The notes under the pieces: model-generated
What the model was told of the DNA's origin: nothing
The model's input: only the letters and a program-made list of their open reading frames with translations
The model's database searches: none
From: Chlorokybus atmophyticus
Lineage: Eukaryota; Plantae; Mesostigma and Chlorokybus algae
Length of the DNA stretch: 64,000 nucleotides
NCBI GenBank assembly: GCA_009103225.1
Contig: RHPI01002069.1
Location: forward strand, 124,001 to 188,000
Direction of reading: 5' to 3'
Part shown: piece by piece, positions 35,125 to 47,779 of the stretch
How the letters are laid out: every line of letters begins with the position of its first letter
Numbering within the stretch: the stretch's first letter is position 1
Translations under genes and position numbers: made by a program

Positions 35125-38100
35125 TCATAGACTAGCGTGGTTCTTGCTGTTCGACCTCGAAGGTTCCGGCGTCGGAGACCTCACATACCCCTTTGCCGCA
35201 GCCAGCGCCCTGATGTTCTTTAGGTTCTCCTGCCCTGCCGTGTTCTCTTTTGGGCTCTCCAGTTTTGCAAGCGCCACTGCGGCGGCTTTGGCAAAGTCCG
35301 GTGGCTGCATCACCCTCAAAGGAGACCGGCTCCTGTTCTGCTGCTCTGCCTGCTGCAATCCCCGCACGCGGTGCCGGTCCCCGCTGCCCAGCCGCCGGGC
35401 ACCCGACTCGTCCTGTATCTTCTTCAGCGCAGCCACAATGGCATCAAATGTCGGCCGCGCGCGGGGGTTGCGAGCCCAGCATGCGCGTATCAGAGCGCTG
35501 TAGGCTGGTAGTCCCCTGAACGCAGGCTCGCACGTAGTGGGTATGGTCAACCTGTCTTGCTGCTCGGCAACAGCATGCATGATCTGCCAGTTGTTACTGA
35601 ACTCTCCCCAGGGGACCTGCATAGCATTATCAGTGAGCGTTTGATGCTAAGCACTAGTTTGTGACTAGTGTGCAAAGTGATTCGTACCTCCAAAGTCAGA
35701 AGCTCCCAAAGAATAACGCCAAAGGAGAAGACGTCTGCAGCACGATTGTACTTCTCACCCTTCAGCACCTCAGGCGCCATCCACCTTGGACTGTGAAGGT
35801 TGTTGGACGCGGGAATGTGGCTTGCCTCCATCAATCTCGACAAATTGAAGTCACAAACCTGCACAACAGACAGATGAGCTGTCTGCGAGTGCAGCAAGCT
35901 GACAACTTGTTGCAATCGGCCAGGCGCCTTGAGTGGCAGAACCAGCAAGGTGACAACTACACCTTTACGTGCCAATGCCGATCGACCAGTATGTTTGGAC
36001 TCTTCAGATCTCGATGGATGACAGGCGGTTGCGAGGAGTGCAAATAGTGCATTCCAAGAGCAGCATCTGTTGCCATGTTCAAGCGGCGTGCCCAATCCAG
36101 ACTTGTCGAACCAGCCCGTGCCCTCGCCATCACATCATATAGAGACCCTCGAGGACAGTACTCTGTCACTAGGCACAGATCTGGAGGTGCAATGCATGCA
36201 CCGATGAACATTACCTGCATATAAACAGCATAAGACCATGAAGACAAACATCTGTGGACACCCAACAACTCTAAGCACTGCAACACTTGGCTTACCACAT
36301 TGGGATGGCGCATGCGGCACATGATGCCCACTTCTTTTCTGAACAAGGCCACACTCTCTGCTGAAAATGCTGCCCCAAGTGAGTGCCCGCCTGCGTCTGG
36401 ACCCCAAGCAGCACCCAACTTTTTCACGGCTACGTCTGTGTGGCGCCAGCTTGCAAGGTGCACCTGTATAGCCACGTCCGTTAACACCCTGCCGTCAATC
36501 CACTTGAGTAAGCGAAACAACAACTGACCATGCATACCTGTCCATAGGCTCCACCACCAATGTTCCGCGTCAGCTTTAGATCCCCATAGTCAATCTCCCA
36601 GGGCTCCCGAGGCCTGGATGGTTGCTTGGGCTGCTCTGTCATGCCTTCGTGCTTGCTGAGTGCTTCAATGACAGCTACGGGCAATGCCTTAATCATGTCT
36701 TCCAAAGGCACATCCGCATGCGGTTTCTTTGAGGCGCAGGCGTCCATGTCCAACTGGCGCTGCACACTGCCAGCAGAAGCACCTTCGCCTTCTGGCCTGT
36801 CAGGACTACGAGCATGCGGCACCCGAGGAGGGCGTGCTGCGGACGTCCACGATGATGGCTGAGACGGCCGCGTGTCGCCCCCAGTAAGGTAGCTGGATGT
36901 CATGCTTGTTGAGCACGTGTCTTCTGAGACTACAACAGCGCCGCTGATGGGTGTGAGTGGCTCTGTCACCTGGCTGTTGCAGGGAGTGGGAGGCACGAAC
37001 CTACTCGTGGATGGCTCGGGTGAGGCTGCGCTGCTGGCCGGACGCTCCACAGGGGGGCTCATTGTCTTCTGGTGTGTAACACGCGGTGTAGCAAAGAAGG
37101 CACTGCTTGGCTTTGCTGGAAGCTCAAAGCGACCTGGTGGCGTAGCAGGCGCAGGGTCTGACATGTGGCTTCTGGCAGGGGCGGAAGGGCTACCTGACTC
37201 CGGCGTGTTGGTTGAGTTTGCTGACTGCGTGCGGGACTGGTCGTACGAATGAGGTGAGCCCTGTGGAGTTGAGTAAGCACGTGCTGATGTGCTCAACGGA
37301 CCGAATGGTGCATTGGCCGCGCTGTCCGACCAGGGCGTAGCAGGCAGCCTCGGCGTTGCCAAGGCTGCCTGCTTCGTGTATGGGTTCAGCTCGTTCCACC
37401 ACTGCGGACCCAACACAGCACAGTGTCTCCCGGTAAAGTCCTGCGCCAGCTTCAATGCAGCCACGCAGTGAAGCTGTCCGCTGGTGTCGCGACCGGCTAG
37501 AGTCTCACGCAGCGCCCAGATGCGCGCCACGCCATCCTTGGTTACGCTTAGCATGTGGGTTTCACCAACAGGTAGCAAGAACCGCAAGCCCTTGGAATGC
37601 GCCACAGTGGTTGCCAGCATGGACTGCGAATTTAGGTTCCACAACCTCACAGTACCATCCTTGTGCCCGGCATAAGCCCAGTCACCAGATGGGTGCAGTG
37701 CTACAGACCGTACTCTGCTGCCAGGTTGCCCCAAACTTGCAACGGCTTCAACCTTGTCAACTGACCAGACTCGAACACGGCCGCTTTCATGCCCAGAGAG
37801 CACATGCTGCTTGGATTGCGCCATGCAAACAACAGGTCCAGATGGGCTGCAGTCCATGCGCCGCTCCAACCGCTGTTTGGCAACATTCCAGACCTGCAGG
37901 GTTCGGTCGGCGCTGCCACCAGCACTCCAGACTGTTCTACCATCCGAGAGAGCCAAAATGCTTGTGACCTTGTCGCAATGAATGCGCTGATCGCTTGAAT
38001 TGTGGCTTGGCGTGACAGCAGCGCCAGCTGCACAGGTACTGTATGTGTTATTGGAGGCACGCGTATTGGCAAGTGATGTGGTGCAACACTCACAATGAAC

Positions 38101-39871
38101 AGGACGGATGCTCACTAACAATGCAGAATATCAAAACGGGTAGGGTGTGCTTGCCTGGTGCGATTGAAGAATTTACAACAGCACTCTTTCGCAACCTCTT
38201 TCCCACGCTGTTCGCTGCATTGTTGCCCTCAATCTCAAATGTGTAAATACGCCCATGAGCCGTCCCAGCCCAAATCAGCCGAGACGACACAATAGCGATG
38301 CAGGTGATTCCATAGCTCCCAGCAACAGATGCCGGTCCAGAGTCCGCAACCTGCGGCCTTGCGGCCAAAAACACTCCTGTGCTGGCATTCCACAACCTCA
38401 CTGTCCCGTCGTCATGCCCTGTCCACATGTGCACCCCGTCCACGGGGTCAAGAGCCAGGCAGCTGGCTGACTTGCAAATCCCCACAGACGACAGCAAAGG
38501 CTCGGGTGCCGCTGGTGACATGAGGTCTTGCATGCACAAGCTGTTCATGCACCACCACACCTGCAAGGCAGAGAACAATTGATAACCAGCTCACTTGCCA
38601 ACATTTGCTGATGCACAGGTACCAGCAGCCATAACATAGAATGCTCCGCCTTGTTCCAGTACAAGGTCAAGCATGAAATGCATGTGTATACTTGACACAC
38701 AATACACTGCATTGCACAACTGACAAACAGTTGCTGCAGAGTGTTGTGCTCACCTGTCCCCACACAGCAGTACCAATGCAGCGGAGGCAGCTCTGCTGCT
38801 CGTCAACATTGGCAAACCGATGCGCGGCTGACAATGGCACATTAGATGCAGCTTTGCGTTCCTTTGCAGGCGTGATCCATGCATGCGACTGATCATCAGC
38901 ATTGCCCTGAAACCGCGCCCACAGCTCCTGTGCAATCGCGTCAAGCTTGTCTGCCAGCACAGCAACTGCAAGAACACGGATCAGCTTCAGGTCGGTTCAA
39001 GGCAAAATACATCACGCAGCTGCAATGACACTATGCATTGCTGAGCACAGTAGCATGCAAGCTGTATGCGCTGGTGACGCCAGCAAAGACCCCAGCAGCA
39101 CTCAAGACACTGACATTTGCCCACTAGCATGACATACAGAGAAATGCTTCAATGATCCAACAGTGACAGATGTGGTAACGCGGCTGACTGGCTGGTACCG
39201 CTACTGTGCCATGGTCTGTTGGCTGACACCGGAACACAGGCCAAGTGCATGCAACCGGATGGACACATGAAACTCACATGTCTGTTCTGTGTGTTTCTTT
39301 TGCAACCATTTCGCCACTGTGGACTTCTGGCCATCAGCTTGTAGCTTTTCAAGCACAATCCTGGCCACTTTCAGGATGTCTTCACAAAGGAGTCGTTCCC
39401 TGTTTGAAGAGTTGGGTTGGTGCTCAACATGGCAACGGCATACTGCACGTGCTAGCATCCGCATGTCTTAAACAGCATGCATGGGAAGCCCAGAAAAATG
39501 TCAAAACGAAGTATGCACCTCGTATATGCCAGTAACAGCAAAAGTGAAGAAACGCGTGTGTAACACTCAACGCAGCAAAAACGCGTGCGAAGCTGGGCAA
39601 AGACTTGGTGATGTTATTATGTCAGGCTGTCAACTGACCTCGAAAGCGCCCATCCATCAGGCAGATCAACATAATGCAGGGCCGTGCGTGCTGCCACAGC
39701 TGCCCTCAAGATAGGTGTACAACGCTTGAATAGCCACCGCTCTTTCAGCGACTCAACCCGCCAGCTGAGCTCAGCAAGGGCGGAGTCGCACTGCGCCTCC
39801 AAGTGAGGAACGCCCACGGGCGCCGTAGTAGCAGCCAATTCAGAGGCTGACGGCTCCTCTCCATGCAGCAT
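35125..39871 (-). CDS. WD40-repeat-containing Raf-like (TKL) protein kinase
   Basis: WD40-like segments (HMWTGHDDGTVRLWN, VLSGHESGRVRVW, AYAGHKDGTVRLWN), a Ser/Pro-rich linker, then a kinase domain: IGGGAYGQV, VAVKKL, FRKEVGIMCRMRHPNV, HRDLKSPNILVD, VCDFNLSR, WMAPEVL, DVFSFGVILWELLT. Confidence 0.88.
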
Positions 39872-40771
39872 TGTCAAACCCTAACCAGCTCGCATGCTCT
39901 ACAGCAAGGCCTATCCGCTCCCTGCTTCCAGCCTGCTGAGGCAAGCAACAAGCTGCAACTTTCCCCCCAGAGCTGAACTTCTACCCTGCAGGGGGAACTC
40001 CTCAGCTTCACCTTTCACATGTTGCTTGTGAGTCTGTCTGCTGGTCTTTACGACAGCGACAGCATGCCCATGATGACGTGCGTGGAGCTGATGAGAGCGA
40101 CCACGGTGAGCGCACCGATGGCCGCCGCCGCGCTATACTCGTAGAGAAACAAATGCAGCATTGTGCCAGCAGAGGTGAGTGCTCCTCAATGCTGACAGCT
40201 TCAACCTTTCGCCTTCCTGCCGCTTCCACGAACAACACCGCTCCCGCAGGCACCTTTGCCACGCTCACCGCCGCCACCCCCTACGCCAAGGCCAAGGTCA
40301 ACAGCACAACAGAACAGCGGCCAACAGACTCGGTTACTACAGACCGAGTCTCACTCACATTCCCCGCCAACTAACTGACCATGCCAGCATTATACGACCT
40401 GCATTGCCGAAACTTATTAGCAAGCAACTTACGACGTCCCTCCGTCGCCAGCAATAAACGCAGCACCTTATGTTCTGAATACTTATACCATGGCTAAAAG
40501 CTGCGCTAATTTTATGGGGACTTAACTGGCTGCTTGCATCCATGGTTAGGGGCCGTTCAAATTGTTGAGTGATGACGCGCTGTGCGCAGCAGGCGTTCCG
40601 AGCCAGACGCGGGCATCTTGCCGGCAAGCATTTTGCCGTTACAATTGCGCGAATTTGAATATCAAAATATTCGGCCCAGCTAGCAGTAGGGCCGCGCTTG
40701 CCAAAGGTTTGCATGCGAATCCCCGAACAGCTGAATCTACTACACTGTACCAAGGTTTTTATTCACTACTA

Positions 40772-40831
40772 CCGTACTTGTGCGAATACAACCCCCCCTT
40801 ACAAACAAAGCCCCTCCCCCCGCCCCCCCCC
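40772..40831 (+). mobile_element. Solo end of the same MITE family as 10430-10617
   Basis: TA|CCGTACTTGTGCGAATACAACCCCCCCTTACAAACAAAGCCCC aligns with 10433-10480 (ATTTGCCCGAATACACCCACCCCCTACAAACAAAGCCCC). No matching second end found. Confidence 0.55.
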
Positions 40832-40973
40832 GAATTGCTACTGCACATCGCAACGAAGCAACTTTCATCAAGCAACTTTCATTTATAAGACGGTCAACCA
40901 GCTAACATAGCTACATGGGTATGCATCGCAATCGTTTTAAGGCTACACACACATGCTCGTAAATGTGCATGAA

Positions 40974-41160
40974 GCTAGCATGCGTAGTTGAATTGTGATG
41001 CATGTGCAGTGTTATTGTTATAAGGCTTCTGTTGCTTGTTTAGGATTATAACTTTAGCACATGACCTTATGAGCGTTTTATGTAATACATGAAGAGATAA
41101 AGCATAAATTGCTTTATCTCTTCATGCTAGCATGCGTAATTGAGTTGTGATGCATGTGCA
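40974..41160. repeat. Perfect 17-bp hairpin embedded between 35-bp direct repeats
   Basis: CATGAAGAGATAAAGCA-TAAAT-TGCTTTATCTCTTCATG at 41088-41126. Direct repeats at 40974-41008 and 41126-41160 match at 33/35. Confidence 0.85.
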
Positions 41161-42216
41161 CTATTAGCATCAGCTGCGTATGCCTCACGAAAAGAGTGTT
41201 GCACGCTGCGCACTGTTTCGTAGTTGCTCCTTCCCCATACAAGCTGGTTGGCTGGCTTGAATTTAACCATATATAGGAAGACAACTTAGGGTAGACTAGG
41301 AAAACAACTAGAGCTGGTCTGACAATTTCATCCGTTGGTGGTTAAAGGTCCCGGAGAGGTTTGTATCGTAAATAGATGGCAAGGATTGTGGCATGCACAA
41401 GAGCGTGGCACATATGCAGATACCAAATGTTCATGTTATATTTTGTGCAAGATTGTGAGATACTGACTGTGCATAGGCATTCCAATATGACAGATGCAGC
41501 AAAGCACTTGCACAAGCACACATGTAAGAAAATATGTTTGTTTCCATTCCATATAAAGCAGGAGCCACATGGCATGACACGCGAGTGGGAACGAATAGAC
41601 AGGTAAGCAATGCCATTGATGAACATGTATTGTGGCAAGCGTTGGAATGCATACAATCACACATACGGCCTTATTGCTGGCTACCTTGCTAGTGTCTATT
41701 TTACTTTACTCTTACCGTCCTTATCCGCAATTGTGTCAGTGGGCACCTCTACTCTCTGCACCACACTACAACTTATACCACACCTTGCGGGTTGTGGTTG
41801 TGAAGCAGTTTTTGAGAAATTGAAGTTCACTAGTCTATTGCAACCCACCGCCAGTCTGTGTTCAGGTCCATGAGTACTGCATGTGCTACTGCGAGTGCCC
41901 TATCGCACACCAGACATGCCAGGCCAAATTAATGGCTCACCATGCCAGGTAGGTGCGTACATGGTGCTCGGCACAGCGTGCACACAGGTTTGCACGCGCA
42001 AGCGTGTGCGCGCGTGTACATGTGTACAAAGAATGCACTGCGGCATTAGTAACATGCCTAACCCTTATGCATTGTGTGCGTAAGCATGCACAGGTGGGCG
42101 GGCGCAAGGGACACTGAACATTGAACCTACACGGATGTGCCCATGAGATGCTCGTTGGCCCAGCCGCCATAAAAATCAGACCGCATGGTACTTACCATTG
42201 CCAGACACCAGAGCAC

Positions 42217-43341
42217 TTACTTCTTTTTTAATAACTCGACATCAAACACCATGGACGCATCTCGGTTTGAGTTGCCAATGACGGCTTCGAGCCGGCGCAC
42301 TCTGTCAAAGCCCACCACCAGAGGCTGGTCATACACGCTCTGATACACCAATGCCGGCGGTAGGATGCCCCGCCGCTTACCCCCAACCTTCATGCCAGTA
42401 ACCTACCAACGGCACATAAGACACATGCAGACGCCAACGCCACATTATCAAGCACGCCTGCATGATGAGACACTTTGCAATTGCTGTCTCACTCACCAGA
42501 TCAGAGAGCCCCGCTATGACATTACCGTCACCAATCCTGCAGCCATATTGTTAGTGTGCAGCATGTTGTGTGAATTATGTGAAGTGGCTATGCTTGCAAT
42601 CATACCTGAACTCAAACGGCTCAGGGAAGCCATCAACGATATGGTCGTAAGACGAGTCCAGGTTCTTGCCGTTGAAGCCCAGCAGCCGCGAGCTATAGTG
42701 CACCACGGCTACATCACCTCGCTCGACAGCCTCACCAGTGCCCTCCACAATGTCAAGATACCTACCAACACAATAGCAGCAACAAGACTTCAGTTGAGCA
42801 AAGGGCAGTGGTTGCGCAGCAACATGCCATCCAACACTGCCACGAGCTGGGACACCCTCAACACAGTGTTTAACAAGAACAACTAGTACTTCAAAGGGTA
42901 ATACTAAGCTGCTTACCGCACGCCAGCTGGAGTGGTTACATCCTTTCGGCCTTCATAACGCCTCTCCTTGGTGTCGCGCTTGTCCACAGGAGGTGGCACC
43001 GCAGCCCCGCTGCAGCAGAGCAAGCACCATTCTCAAGCAATGCACGAAGTAGGCTGTCTCAAACACTTGCACGCAGCAAAGAACTGCAGCACGATTGACG
43101 TAAGCTCTGACCTTGCTCACCTGGCTGCCGGCGTCTGCGCACAAGCGAGCACGGCAGCCGCAGCCAGCAGCAGGTCTCGGCGGGGTAACGAGGCATTGCA
43201 GTGGTGCTGGTTGTCCCTGCTTGGCTCAGCTGAGGCAGAACCTTGCGCAACCCGCCTCTTGGAAGCAGGGTGGGAAGCACGCGGCTTTGCAACGATAAGC
43301 GGCGTGTGCCATGACAGCGACACCGTCGCCGCCGCCGCCAT
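42217..43341 (-). CDS. Chloroplast thylakoid-lumen FKBP-type peptidyl-prolyl isomerase
   Basis: Bipartite transit peptide with a twin-Arg motif (LPRRDLLLAAAAVLA). Spliced FKBP domain: TTPAGVR|YLDIVEGTGEAVERGDVAVVHYSSRL...PEPFEFR|IGDGNVIAGLSDL|VTGMKVGGKRRGILPP...MVFDVELL. Confidence 0.88.
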
Positions 43342-43599
43342 CGCTGAGCTACTCTGCTGCCCAGCCATGTAATGCACAGCATTGGTGTTGTCAAAGAATT
43401 ACGTAAGTCACTGACGTAACCCGGTTACATCTAGTAATCAGGGTTTCTGAACAAATTGTCCATGTCAGCTGTACGGCGGTTGAGGCCGGCGGCGGCGGCG
43501 GCTTCGGCGGCAGCAGCGTCGGTGTTGTTGGGAGAGGCGGCGAGCATACAGCCGCGGTAGCATTGGAGTTTTGAGAGGGGAGCTGAGCAGTCTGTCAAG

Positions 43600-44828
43600 A
43601 TGCCGGCGACGGCGGGCAGGGTGCGCATGCCGGCTAACAACCGGATGCACTCCAGTGCGGCGCTGCAGACGCACGGCATCTGGAGCAACACCATCGGCTA
43701 CGATCCTTACGCCCCGGAGAACGCCGCCGCTGCTGCCGCCGCTGCAGGCGACGCCGGCGCCAAGACCGGCGCCCTCAGCGCAGCCGCAGCCGCAGGCCAA
43801 CCGGCCTCCGCATACGACGACTTCCAGGGCCTTCTCGCCCTCGCACGCCTCACTGGTACGTTGCTATTGCGTAATCAGAGGAATCTTTGTTGTAGCAGCA
43901 TTGAGCATGGGCAATGGTTACATGCCAGAAGGCAAACCCATCTGAGCCCGCAGGTGCAATCATGCAAGGTATTGGTAATGTGTATGTCATATATTAACGA
44001 CTACAGAGTAGTGGAGGTTTGCCTGCCTGAACTGCATGTTTCAGTATCATCAATTTGGCTCAACTGCGTCCAATTCTGGCTTACTGCTTGTCAGTTGTTG
44101 CCACTGCAATTCAAGTTTGTCGGATCTTGTCCACACCGTGTTCTCATTTGCACATGCATCTCTGTCAGGTTCATCTACGGCCGACGCGTCAAGGGGCGCG
44201 TGCAAGCGATGCGGGAAGGTGGGCCACCTCTCATTCCAGTGCCGCAATTTCCTGCGCTTGGCTCCCAGCGGAGACACCGCCAGCCTGCCCACTGTGCCCG
44301 AAGACCAGCCGCTGCTGTCCAGCAGCGACTCGGATGATGACTCCGACGCTGAGATGACCAAACCCAAAAGGTATGTTAGCAGTATAGTTGTTAATAGGCA
44401 TGTGTATTGATTGGTCATGCATGAGCACATACGTCAACATTGACCGCCAAGTTAATCTTATGCATGGTGCACGGCACTTGCAGTGTTAGTGTGGCTTTGT
44501 GAAAGATAACACATCTACTGCATGGTGCGGCAGTGATGAGGAGCGGGTAACAGACAGAAAGGAGAAAAGTGGCAGGAAGGTGAGAAGGAAAGAGAAAGCA
44601 AGGAAGCACAGGAAGAAGAAGCGGAGGAGCCCAAGCGACAGTGACATGTCCTCCAGCGAGTCAGAAACAGACAGTGAGGAGGAGCGCCGCCAGAGACGGA
44701 AAGAGAGGAAACGCAAGGAGAGGAAGCGCAAGAAGAGCAGCAACGGGAAGAGCAAATCCAGCAGCGGCAAGAGCAGCAGCAGGAAGCGGAAAGGCAAGGA
44801 GAGTACGAACAGCTCAGATTCCGAGTAG
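43600..44828 (+). CDS. CXIP4: CAX-interacting protein 4-like zinc-knuckle protein
   Basis: MPATAGRVRMPANNRMHSSAALQTHGIW...GYDPYAP; zinc knuckle CKRCGKVGHLSFQC; Lys/Arg/Ser-rich tail. Confidence 0.9.
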
Positions 44829-46204
44829 TCGGTTCTCTTTGTATATCTATCTGTATGTATATGTAGTCCTTGTTGCAACTGATTCTACGATCATATGGTT
44901 ACTTCAAGGATTCTAGACACGCCTTATTCTTAGTACCAGGTAGCTGGCCTTTGATGTGTCACTCGTATATACTGAGTAACACATAACCGTTTGGCATACC
45001 ATGATTCATATGACATGGTGTTGCGACTGGTTAAGGTGTACTGTCGAAAGGTGTAACTGTGGCTGTGCATTCGGAGGATCCAGACCTACCACCGCTTGCT
45101 TGCTTGTTTGATTGTATGCGGTGATGTACTGTGCTATCTAATTTACGCTGTATTAGTGTTGTTGCGTATGAATACACAACAATAGGAGTTGCAACAAAGC
45201 AGCTCAAGCGTAGGGGCCATATGCAAACAAGCATGCAGCAGCAAGCATGAATTTCAGTAGGGGCCAAGGCAGAGTTGAAACAACTAACATACGTCTGAAG
45301 CCATATTGGGGCTGGGTAGAACTGTACACAAAATGCGCCAGGGATTTGCTCATGCATAGTGGCAGCCACAACAATCAGATGTGTGCAATGCATGTCGTGT
45401 GTTGCACTGTCTGCTGCTGTGCATTGAGATGCCTTGTGCTATGCATACACTGTGTGACAGTGCGCGCTATATGCATTGATCGCTAGGCTCACAGCCAAAG
45501 TATCACAATGAAGCTTAAAGGCGAGGCAAAACCCTTGGGGGCCTTATAGTCGTAGTGGTCGTGCATGCTACCAACGGAGAGGGCATTGCTAACATCTCTG
45601 TTGCAGGTGAAGCTGCTCGCCCTTGAACTTGCTTGTGCTTGCTGCCTACCCCTACTCCTCGAGGTCCAGTGCACTTGGCTTAGGTTAGCTAGGGGCCCCC
45701 ACCCAGCGTTGTTTGCCTTGTGTCGTTGTTGCTCCCTTACTGTGTTGTTGTGGTAGATGTTTATGCAAGTTGCCTTGTGCTACTGTTTGGCGTCTGCTGC
45801 CATGATCAGCCAACTGTTGCATCCTAAGCATTGGCTCAGTATGACATGTCCAAGACCAACCATGCGCCCGATTCTATAGCAGGCACACAATTTTGCATTC
45901 ATTCAACCCCAATTGCTAACAGCCATAGCAGTTGCTAGCAGAAAACCTTTATACAACTCCAATCAGCGCTTGGTCAACCTGCTACCTGCACAGACAGTGA
46001 ACCCAGCACATAGGTTTGCACTGCAATGCTCAAACATTTATGGGCTTTCCGAACATGCAAGTCAAACAACAATCAACAAGCAACCAGCACACGCACACTC
46101 ACAACCACAAGTAAATATATGTACATATCACATGGGCTCAGCATAGACACAGGATAATTGTTGAACAGGGAGAGGGAGCAGTGGACTGACACAAGGAGCC
46201 GGCC

Positions 46205-47296
46205 ATGGCGGCGGCGGCGGCAGAGCAGCGGCGGCATGCCGCAGCGGTGGTAGCGGCCGCCGACGTGGCCGCCGCAGCGGAGCGAGACGCCGCCGCGGTC
46301 GCCGCTGACGTCGCCCGCCTCGCCGCCGACCTACGCGGCTCCCTCTCACAGGCAAGGACTTACCAGCAGTGACCAACAACACCAACAACAACAACCAGTA
46401 GTTGTTGTGCAACCCACTAGCACAACACAACACAGCACGACAGACGTGTGTTAGCCTTTTGAAGTAGTGTTCTATATGCGACCGCTTGCGGATTTGAAAT
46501 CTAAGTCAGAATACAAATGCTACACAACTTGTCACAGACGCAGGAGGCGAAGTTTTCCCAGCAGTTGCATACGCATGCTGTATGCGTACTTCATGCTCTA
46601 GTCGTAGTGTAAGCAGCATCACTTTGCATGCTCTGTGAAGGTCTCAAGTAGCATAACCATACCATCCGCAACCCAGTAGTCTTTGTTGCCCCTGCGTGCG
46701 CATGTGCGTGTTTCTGCTTTCAGGTGACGGACTGCTCTCTGGAACACATGAGGTGTTTCGATCAAGCTTGCGCGTCAATGGAGTCAACAGGTGAGGAGGT
46801 GGAAGAGTATTTAGAGGAAACAGGTGTGAGATTGTTGATGTTGTAGTCATTGGTCGGTGTCGCGCAGCGGCGGATGCGGCGAAGAAAGCAGGCGCGCTCA
46901 TCAACGAATGCATCAGGTTGGGGTACAGGTTAATAACAAGCGCGCGTACACACACGCACACGCACACGCAGTTGGCCGATTCCTCTGTGTATGTTGTTCT
47001 AACATAGGCTGGAACGCACGTACGCATGCACTGGCGCTCACACACATAATCCCATGCGCGCTTTTGCAATGCAGGTTGAGCCTTGCAATGGACGGTATCG
47101 ATGCACTCGCCCAGCAAATGTAAGCACCACATGTGTGCATGCACGCGCGGATTGCTGGCGGGACGCATCGAGGTGTGCTTGTCGCTCAATCTGCTGTGCC
47201 TGAACCCCTCTCGCGTGCAGGCGAGGCTTGCATGTGCTGGTGGACCAGTTTGAAGCGCAGGCCAACCAGTTGCTTATGGCAGCACCAAAACCATGA
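46205..47296 (+). CDS. BLOC-1-related complex subunit (plant BLOS3/BORCS6-like), 5 exons; absent from the ORF track because the exons are short
   Basis: MAAAAAEQRR...LAADLRGSLSQ|VTDCSLEHMRCFDQACASMEST|AADAAKKAGALINECIR|LSLAMDGIDALAQQ|MRGLHVLVDQFEAQANQLL, resembling the plant BLOS3 coiled-coil C-terminus. The first intron donor is GCAAGG. Confidence 0.75.
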
Positions 47297-47779
47297 CATG
47301 AGTCGTAGCTGAACGCAGCAAAACGTCACCTCACTTTCTGTGGATGACAGTGTACAGCATGTATAGTATGACGAATCACTTGCCATCAACCCGCATGTCT
47401 TCATTTCCGTCAAGGGTCACAATCCTGCATGCATGTGGCGTGTAACTGTGCATCTTACCAGTACGCTATCACAATGTATCAATTGTAAGCAGCAGCGAAC
47501 CTGCCAATCAACACTGACAGAAACCTATCTGCCCACAATAGATTCCACGCGCTATGTACAAACGCACCCTCAACCCTAACCTAGAAGGCACACATCACCG
47601 CACACAAGTCCACAAGGCTGGCACCCACTACCTGGTAGCCCTACTGCACTACTACACTACGCTATCTACTTACACCCCGTATGAGACCACGGATTGAGAC
47701 TGGGGCAGTGGTTGTGACGCTCGGGTGCGGGGCCACACCAATAGAGTGTGTCCATCGAATGAACGGATCGCTATACACG

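Noticed and set aside
40008-40400. Short ORFs and splice-like sites divergent from the kinase gene
   Set aside because: No recognisable protein and no consistent exon chain; cannot be supported without transcripts.
42365-42886. 173-aa plus-strand ORF
   Set aside because: It is the antisense shadow of the FKBP exons and introns on the minus strand.
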